This document shows, piece by piece, positions 1 to 9,800 of a DNA stretch of 64,000 nucleotides. The notes under the pieces were generated by a model, which did not search any database, was not told where the DNA came from, and saw nothing but the letters and a program-made list of their open reading frames with translations. The first letter of the stretch is position 1, and each line of letters begins with the position of its first letter. This DNA comes from Patescibacteria group bacterium (GTDB lineage Bacteria; Patescibacteriota; Patescibacteriia; JACRDY01): contig JBAZFH010000003.1 of assembly GCA_041653535.1 (NCBI GenBank), positions 2,771 through 66,770 on the forward strand, given 5' to 3'. The position numbers were made by a program, and so were the translations under genes.

Positions 1-825
1 TGCGGTGACGATGTTTATTGTTTGCCGCAAGATAGTGAGATTGAAGTTAATATCAAATCAGCCACCCTTTCACCTAATCCGCCAACCGCTGCTTACGACG
101 GCAGTTACGACGGCGTAACCGATTTGGCGGCAAATTCTTTTAACGGCAACGGTTTGGAGGGGGGTGTTTGTGAAATAAAGTCTTGCGTTTTTGTCGCGCC
201 AAAAGTGAACGGTTGTGATTGCACTATCGGACCGGTAGAAGATAATTATTTTTGGTATTTTAAAACTAACAACAAAATCATTCTTGATCCTCCGTATATT
301 ACCAATATCGATCCGGGTATTTTGTTTAGTGACGTTGCCCCGGATAAAAGAGTGTCGGTTGTTTTTCAACGGTTGTTAATGGGTCGTAGTCTTAATTCTT
401 CCAATATTGCCATTGCGACAAATAATAAGGTGACTTTTAACGGTAGTATTTTAAACGAAAATCTGCCGTTTTGGGTTGGCTTTAGTAATTTAGACAACGC
501 TTCTGATTCTGACAGTGTTCCTGATAACCAGAGTCAGGTATTGATTGATCACGATGATTTTTTGGAAAGCAAAATCGGGGAAAGTCGTTATGATTACTCT
601 TTGCATCTTTCCGCTGGGATAAAAGATATTTATCAAAACTGTTATTATCCGGCCGGCGCCAGTACGGAAGTGAGTGGCGGTTGTAATTATCCTTATCAGT
701 CAGCCGATAAAAACACACCTTCTTGCTGTAACGACATTTTGTATAATACGGCTGACGGCGAAAGTGATGAGTGTCCCAAGCCTTTATGGATTGAATGGCC
801 GGCTTCAGCATCGGCAACGCCATAA
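1..825 (+). CDS. C-terminal part of a large Cys-rich surface protein with Ig-like (Big_5-type) domain; 5' end lies before the window
   Basis: Frame is open from base 1 (CGDDVYCLPQ...) to TAA at 823-825. Cys-rich, with a 'PPYITNIDP...VSVVFQRLL...LSAGIKDIYQN' pattern resembling SbsA/Big_5 Ig-like domains; same style as the downstream giant gene. Confidence 0.7.
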   Translation, partial: CGDDVYCLPQDSEIEVNIKSATLSPNPPTAAYDGSYDGVTDLAANSFNGNGLEGGVCEIKSCVFVAPKVNGCDCTIGPVEDNYFWYFKTNNKIILDPPYITNIDPGILFSDVAPDKRVSVVFQRLLMGRSLNSSNIAIATNNKVTFNGSILNENLPFWVGFSNLDNASDSDSVPDNQSQVLIDHDDFLESKIGESRYDYSLHLSAGIKDIYQNCYYPAGASTEVSGGCNYPYQSADKNTPSCCNDILYNTADGESDECPKPLWIEWPASASATP

Positions 826-851
826 TAGCTGGTAATATAATTTTAATAAAA

Positions 852-3800
852 ATGAAAAAGACAGAAAGGTATAAAAAGATAATATTTACCGCCAGCATCG
901 TTTTGGCGTTGCTAGTGAGTTTGTTTTGGATTAATTCGATCAATGCGGCTAACAGTAATGATTTTGGTTTGAACCAGGTAGGGCAGGTAGTCAATCTTCC
1001 GACAGCTGATATTCGAGTGACGGTAGCCAATATTATCCGTTATGCTTTAGGATTTTTGGGTATTATTGCCGTCGGTATTTGTTTATATGCCGGTTTTTTG
1101 TGGATGACGTCGGCCGGCGAAGCGGAAAAAATAGAAAAAGCAAAAAGAATTTTAATTGAAGGCGTAATCGGTTTGTTGATTATTGTTTTAGCTTTTGCCA
1201 TTGTCAGTTTTGTTGTTTCCAAACTTTTAGAAGCTACCGGTACAGGAACGGAACCGGATAAAACTTGTTCGACGGAAAATTCCGGCGAAGTCAATGGCTG
1301 CTGGGTTTGTCAATCGTCTTCTTGGACTTACGACAGCAGTATCGCTGGTTGCGGTCGGACTGATGATTTTTGGGTTACCGACATTAAACCAAGAGAAAAT
1401 GCCGTTGGACCAAAAGATACTGTCGTTAGAATTTATTTTAATAAACAAGTTAATTTTGATTCTATAGATTTGGACGATGGCGATATCACTATCTCTAAAA
1501 TCGGCGAAATTGATCCAACGACCAAGGAAGTGACCACTACTTATTCTTCGCCACTAGCGGTTGCCGGAACAATACAGTTTAAATCCGGTGATAAAACAGT
1601 GGTGGAATTTCGTCCTAACGATTTGTGTGACGCTGCTTGCAGTGAAACTTCTGATAAAAAATGTAAAAAATGTTTTAGCCCCTGGGGTTTATATCAGGTT
1701 AATGTCAGGCAGGGATCGATTCAAGATGCCATAAAGGGTAAGTCAAACCAATGCGGTGTGGTTATTGATCATTGCACGAGAAAATTCAAAATAAATGATG
1801 TGATGGATGAGGAGTCACCGAAGGTTAGTATTACTTCTCTGGAACCATCACAAGGCAGGTATGTGCCGGAAAATTATGCGGTCGAAGTCAGGATTTCTGC
1901 CAAGGATAATTACGAAATTTCCGATGTTCAACTTTATATAGACGACATGAATACGCCGGTAGCAACGTTAACTAGTGAACCGTATGTTTATACTTGGCAA
2001 ACTCCGGATGGTTTGGGGTTAAAACATACGTTATTGGCTAAAGCAAGTGATACCGACGATAATCCTGCCGGAGTTTCGGCGGAGCGAGAAGCGATTGTTC
2101 GCGCTTGGCATTGTTTTAATAATCAGAAAGACACTTTTTCTTCTTCGCCGGAAAAAAACGAGTTTGAAATTGATTGCGGCGGAACCGAATGCGGTGCTTG
2201 TGTTGGTGCCGATTGCGATGCGGCTGATAAGGATACTACCACTTGTAAAACTCCGACCAACGACGTTTGTTGGACTAATTATTGCGCGCCGGCTGATTGC
2301 AAATGCGAAGGTTGGCCGGAAATTCAGACAGTAGAGCCAGGTAGAGCGCCAAAAGGAAATTTTGTTACTATTAGAGGAAGGTTTTTTGGTAAGACGTCGG
2401 GACAGGTGGTGTTTTTGGGCGGGGCAGGAGAGGCTGATGATAAGATCGGTATTAAGCCGTCGCAGATTAACAACCAGTGCGATGACGAAAGTTGCTGGAC
2501 AGATACTCAGGTGATTGTAGTGTTGCCAGACGGCGCTGTCAGCGGTCCGATAAAAATTATTACCACTGAGAATAAAGAAGATGCTACTAATGATAATCAC
2601 GGTTCTCAGTTGCTTGATTTTGATGTTTGTACCACTAGCAACGGTAATTGTTATGATTATCCCGGAATTTGTAAATTGAACCCGGCGCAAGGAGCGGCGG
2701 ATGCTTTGTTTAAAATTTACGGAATCAACTTTGGTACTACTCAAGGTAGCGCTCTGGTAAAATTCGGTGGCAAATACAGCGCGGTGATTAATTCTTGGGC
2801 AGATACCGGCAAAGAAGCAGAAGCGCGCGTGCCTAATATTCAAAGCGGGCGTCCGACGGTTACTATCGAACGCGGCGATATAAAGAGCAATCCTTTTGAA
2901 TTTTTAGTAAAATCAAGTCCTTTAGCTAATCCGATTATTTCAGATGTGCAGCCAAAAAGCGGTGGTTTTGGTCAATATGTTACTATTACCGGTCAAAATT
3001 TTGGCAGAGCCGGTGTAGTAGAGTTTATAAATAAAAACGATACCAGTAAAAAATTTCCAGCTGATTTAAACTTCCCTCAGCAGTGTCAGGATAAAATTTG
3101 GAATAATAATCAAGTAATAGTAAAAGTGCCAGATACCGGCAGTGCATTACTTGGTGATTATTTTATCGTTATTAGTCGTTCTTCCGACAATGCTTCTTCG
3201 GCAGCAGCTGATTTTATCATTAATACCGATACACCCACTCCGGGAATTTGTTTGCTCAAACCAGATAACGGTCCGGAAGCAACCCCTGTTTATGTTTTCG
3301 GCGACAGCATGGGGTCACAGAACGGCAGTGTTAATTTTTGGCAAGCAACAGTGACCGCGCCGATTATTTCTTGGAGCGAAGTGGTAAAAGTTCAGGTGCC
3401 GAAAAATACTAAAACCGGTCCGGTGGTGTTAGTTAGTGCACAGGGTAAATCCAGTAATCCTTTGAATTTCTCCGTCGGTTCTTGCCGCGCGGATGATGAT
3501 TGTACTGGTAAGCCGACGGCTGGCGAGTGTGACCAAGATCAGGAACTCGGCGTTTCACCAAAGACCAATTGTTGGGTTTGTAATAAAAGTGTTGCCACGG
3601 GGAATTATTATTGGGAATGGAGCGATACATCCTGTGGCGTTATCGACCAGTGTTGTCCTTCAGGCGTTTGTCAAACCAAAGGTACTTGTGTGGGGATCGG
3701 CGTGCTTTCTTCTTACGCTTGGGCTTTTTCTACCGGAGAGATTCCCCGCTATCCGAAAGTAGTTGAAGAATGTAATCGCGATGAAACTTGTCCGGAGGGA

Positions 3801-6800
3801 GCAAATACCCCCAGCCCCAGTCCTTGGACTCCTCGATGGGATATTAATCGCGGTTTTGATCTAGCTTGTCCCAATTCGGTTATTACTGCTCGATTTAATA
3901 TGGATATGAACCCGGATGATCTCGAAGATGTTAATAATTATAATTTTGAAAAATGCGGATATCAGACCGACGTTAATGGCGACGGTAAAGACGATCATGA
4001 TCCGTGTGTTTGCAGTCCAACGGCAAACTGCGCTTGTATTAACGGCGGCAATACCAACTGTAATCAAAAAATTAATATTACGGCTGATAATTTAATTACT
4101 TTCAACGACGGTTTTATTGTTAATTTTGCCGGAGTTGGCTTGCAGCCGGACAGCTGGTATCGCATGGCTTTACGCAAGGGGGATGCTTTGCCGGGCACAA
4201 CCGGTTTTCATTCCGCCACCGCACAAGGAGGATATCAGTTATTGGCGGATTATATCTGGCAGTTTAAAACTCGCGTTGACAGCGCTAAATGTAAAATTGG
4301 CTGCCCGACAGTGGTGCCGGTTTCTTATACTGCTAATCGTTTGGCAAAGCTTTATTTAAACTGGGATAATCCTGCTTTCCCGCGTAATCCGGTCTATCAC
4401 ACTGCCCAGGCTTCGGCGGAAAATAATCCATGTAATTTGATTGATACTTATGACTATCAGTGGTCCTGGAAGGCTACTGAAGCGGACGGTGCGAATACCA
4501 ATAAAGCCGCTTTGTACCAGATACCAAGTAATGGCTGTAGCGATAGTCGCGATAATGACAATGACGGAAAAAAAGATTATAAAGCCGGCTGTACCGTTGA
4601 CAGCGTTGATTGTGATTATAAATGCGTTTCTTCCTATGATCGATCAGAAGAGGCGGGCGAGCAATTAGTTGCTTATTTTGGCAATCTGCGTCATGCCGAA
4701 GCAATCAAGCCTACTGGTGGAAACACTTATTCTTGCGATTGTGATATTGCTCCACAATGTTCGGATAGCCTAGAAAATGACGGTGATAATAAAGTTGATT
4801 ATCCGGCTGATACGGAATGCGATACGCCTGGTGATTATAGTGAATTACTTTCTGGGTTGCAGACTCGCTCCGACGTTATTGTTGTTGCGCAAAAAGGCGT
4901 AATCACAAATTCTTCGGAAGAATGTCAGCTTTATTGTAAGGGTTTATCTAATAATACCTGGTCTTGGTATAAAACCGGTGGTTATCAAATAGCCGGTGAT
5001 CCGGTTTTAATCAGAGCGCAGGAGCTGTCTTCCGGCAAAGAAGGAAGAGCTAATTTGTTTATTAATCTGGAAGACCCTAAGGTTATTGCTAAATGGCCGG
5101 ATTGTTCACAGGCTTGTGTGAATAGTCAGGTTGGTGCTGCTTTTAATGTACCGATGGCAGAAAATACCTTGGTTGATGCTAAAAATGTCATGCTTTTTTC
5201 TTGCGGTGCCGACCTGGAATGTAAGAAAGAAAATATGTCTTCGGTCCCGATTGAAAATATTGATCCGGATTTAAGTATCGATTATCGTTACAGTGAAAGC
5301 GTTGATGACGGTCTTTATAATTCCGAGCTGACTTTTTATCCTCGCAGCACTACCCCGGGTGATTATAACGGCGGAAAACTTTTGCCAAATACTTATTATC
5401 GCGTGATACTCGGCAGTCCCGATAACGATCCGATACAAAACATCGATGGATTAAAATTGATCGGTTTAAATTACGATAATTATGCCGCTGACAATGTTCC
5501 GGATAGTTATAGCTGGATATTTAGCACCAAAAATGACTATAATTTATGTTCAGTTGATCATGTATCGGTTACTCCTAACAAGGCTTTTTTAAGCGCTATA
5601 CCGGCGTATCAATCTTATTTTAGTCAGGCATTTGGTCGGTCTGACGACTGTAGTCCTTTTGGTCAAAAACTAAACAACAGTTTTTATAGTTGGAAATGGG
5701 AGTCGGAAAAACCGACAGTTGCCCAAACCATTGGTTATAGCGTTGGTTGCGGTAATGGTATTATTGACCGCGGCGAAAATTGTGATGACGGGGTTTATCC
5801 TCCGGTTTCCGGCGACGGTTGTTCAAATAAATGTTTACGAGAGGGTAGTAGCTATTCTGTTTTCGGCTTATGTGGTAACGGGGTGGTGGAAAGCTGGGAA
5901 CAATGCGATTACGGGGTAAAAATCGGTAATCCTGCTTGGACGGAAAATAATTGTAATTCAGCGACTTGTCTATTAAATACGACCAGCAGACCGGCGGGTT
6001 CTTGCCGCGATGGCGTAATTCAGTCTTGGGAAAGCTGCGATTACGGTCCATTGATCACCGATTATTATACCGATCAAGAAGATAACCATGTTTATAATAA
6101 TTACGAAGTAAATAGTTGTAATGCCAATACTTGTTTAAATACTGGCAATACAAATCAAGGTTTGGCGGTTTGTGGTAACGGCAGGCTAGAAGGCGGGGAG
6201 GCTTGTGATGTTGTTGATGAACCAAATAATAACAACACAGACGGTTGTGCTGACAATTGTGTCAGTTCCGGTTCTGTTGATGGACGGTCTTTGTGCGGTG
6301 ATGGTCAGGTAGGTACTGGAGAAGAATGTGAATTATGTTGGAATGATGATAAAAGCGTGTTTTCTGTTATTAGAAACGGTAGTTGTTCCGCTAATAGTCT
6401 TTATGGTCATGGTGATATCGATTCCGGCACTCCAAGCTTTGCTGGTAAGACTAAAGATCCGGCGTCGGCTGAAGCCGGATGTCAGCGTGCCGGAGCGGAT
6501 AAGGTTTCTTGTGTAATTTTAAATTCAAGCGGTGGATATAAATACGATAGAAATCGTATTGGCAATTGGTGGAAATCCTCTTGCCAAAACGGTATCGTCG
6601 ACCGCGGTGAAGAATGTGACCTTGGATCGATAGTGGAAAATTATTATGGCGGTCAGAATAATTATGAAGTCAATAATTGCAATCCGACAAATTGTTTATA
6701 TAACGGTAGTAGCGAAGCAACGCCGGATTTATTAAATCGCAAGGCTTATCAGCTAGCACAATCGGTTGGAGAGGGTCGGGCTAATATCACTGCCTTTACT

Positions 6801-9800
6801 GGCGGTGTTTGTACCGGCGATCCTAAATTTACTGCTTGCATTCAGACAAGCGATTGTCCTCTTAATTCCGTCGGTAATAAATACGAGTGTGATTTGTCTG
6901 GGACTAAAAAAGGATCCTCCGATCTGACGGTGGTTTGCGGTTGGACAGATGAAGCTTGTGCTCTAAATAACGCCGGATACGGCGCTGATGCCAGCGGTTG
7001 CTGTCGAACGCGACCGGTAGTTTATTCTTCTTATCCGCATGGAGATAATGTTTGTCGTAATACTTCTATTAGCGTTCTTTTTGACAGCAATCATCCGATG
7101 GATTTTACTACTTTTAATAGTAAAAATATTTCGGTTTCCGTTGATGGTTGTGCCGTGGCGGTAAATAGTGGCGCAAATAGGTGGTGGCATTATTTGGTGA
7201 ATACTTATCAGAGGGTGAAGGATTGGGTGATTGGTGTTTTTAGTCATCAAGCAAATGCTGCGGAAATAAATGAATGTACGGTAAATTATTCCGTGACTGG
7301 AATTGAATATGTCGATAATGGCGTGGGCAGCGATGGTTTGACCCATAGTAAGATGGTAATTAATCTCTCCTCTCCCTTGCCGCCAAATAAAACGATTAAG
7401 GTTAAATTTGCCTCAGCGGTTAAAGACAGTCTGGGTGTGTCCGTTTTGCGCGGAGCAAATGTTTACGAATGGACTTTTAATACCGGAGAGGAAATTTGTA
7501 GTTTAAATTATGTTCGTCTTAGTCCGACCAGCAAATCTTTTACTCAGACCGATGAAGTAGAAAATTTTGTTGCCTCGACATTTAATGCCAACGGACAGGA
7601 AATAGAAATGGTTCCGGGATTTTATTCTTGGAACTGGAGTTGGTCGTTGACACCGGAAATAAATAATACCAGTGCAACTTTAAGCGCGGGAGTAGCTACT
7701 TATTGTTCGGTTACCAATAAGGCTTGTAACCCTGAACACGGTAATGCTGATTGTGTCGACCCGAAATATCCTAGTCAGGTTTGCGGCGCGCCGTATAATT
7801 ATCCTTATGTTAGTCGGGTTACGTCTCAAAAAACTAACGGCGAAGGACAACTGATTGCCACCGCCACCATTACCTCGGATAGTATTATAGATGCCGGAAA
7901 AACTTTTGCCGCTCAGGCAGGAGTGGTGGTGTTTGTTTGTGAAAACCCATGGCCACAGGTTTGTAGCGCGACCATTGCTTCTGGTAATTTACTTGCTTGC
8001 GAAAAAGATGACGATTGTTATACCGAAGTCGGTCATCAATATGTCGGTCCGTGTAAATTCGATGCTGTTAGTAATTTTAGCGATTCGGATAATACCATAG
8101 TTTCGCAATTCAAAAACCCGGAAAATTATACCAATTTCCGTACTTATTATTGTCGTGACGCTGGGTCTGCTGGGTTTGATGACGATTTGCCAGCTTTAGT
8201 GTATCCGCCAATATTTACCCAAACTCCCGTTTTGCCTGCACAAAAAGGATTAATTCGCCACATTCTTTTGCCACGTGATAATTTTCGCCGTGGTGGAGAG
8301 ACCGGTGGATCAAATGATGCTTTGATTATGAGTGTTGAAGCTAACCCGCAGCATATTTCCGCCGCGCAGTGGTTCTCTGACAGGTTTGATGCCAGCGCTA
8401 CTGCGGCTAAAGCAGTGGGCGGTTATTCGGCGGTTAGCAAAGACAGTACATATTATATTAATGCCGCCAATTGGAGCCGTAGTACTAATACGATGTACAC
8501 CAATATTTATATTTTGTCCCAAAGCCAGAATTCTAATGTTAATACTAAAAATATTTTTCAGCAGTTGCTGAATAATATGAAATTTAATGTTAATGTAGAT
8601 GGTCAGGGTGTGGGTACTGATTTGTGCCGTGCTGGAACGGGGCTGGTAACTAAAAAACCTTTTGTTTGCAGCAATAACAAAAAAACCTCCTGTGTCGCTG
8701 ATACTGACTGTGGCGCGGACGGTAAGTGTGAAATTTTAGGTTGGTGTAATAACGACAACAGTAAATCGTGTTCGACCTTAGATGTTGGTAATACCGTTGA
8801 TAATGAATGCGGCGACGAGGCAGTGTTGCCAAAGGCTTTTTGCGATACCAACGCTTTCGCCGAGCCGATTTCTTGTTCCAAAGATTTCGATTGCTATCGT
8901 TGCAAGGATAATACCAATGTCGTTTGCGAACTAGATTCCGATTGTCCGAACGTCTATTCAGGCGCTTGTGCCAAAGACGTCAGTGGTAATGCCGCTTATT
9001 GTGACGCGCCTAGAGCGAAATTGATTCGTAATACGCAACGTTTGGCTGATTTGCATACCATGACCAGTATTTTGAATAATTACTATCAAAAAAATAACAA
9101 ATATCCAACACTTGATGCCGGTTCTTATGTTTCTGGAAGAAGCTATAGTACCTGGCCTTCTTGGCAGGCAACTCTGGGTAACGATCTTGGTAGTGGTTTG
9201 CCCGTTGACCCAATTGATCAGTTTAACGGCTGCTATGACGCTAATTATAACTTTAACCGTCAGACTTGTTGGGATAATAAGGCGTTACTGTTTTCTTGCC
9301 CGCAAAATTCTTATACTTATTTCTATTCCAGTAATAATGGCGGTAATGAGGGTAGGGTTTTGGTGCATCTGGAAAAACCAGAAAACGGTGATATTAATGT
9401 GTATGAATCAGACTACGAAGATCAAGATTATTTTGATGCTGTATCGGATAATTGTAAAAATTTTTCCGGTTATTCGATCAATGATTCCGATCAAGACGGT
9501 GTCCCGGATTTTGGCGATAATTGTCCTTATGAGAAAAACGGATATGTCGGAAGCGATTGTCCGACGAATGCGCCGCAGTGCTGTCCTTTTACCGACAAAA
9601 AGAAATGTTGCGCTTGGTATGGTACTGCCGACGAAGAAAAATATTGCGGTCAGGCAAATACTGATGGCGATAATTTAGGCAATTCTTGTGATTGGATTTG
9701 TCCGGTCGATGGGAATAACGATTCTGATAATGATTTTGTTTGCGGCGGACAAGACAATTGTTGGTCGGTGTATAATCCTTTGCAGGTAGACAGTGATGGT

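Noticed and set aside
795-851. Upstream ATG start of the giant protein
   Set aside because: It overlaps the previous CDS; ATG 852 gives a canonical signal peptide.
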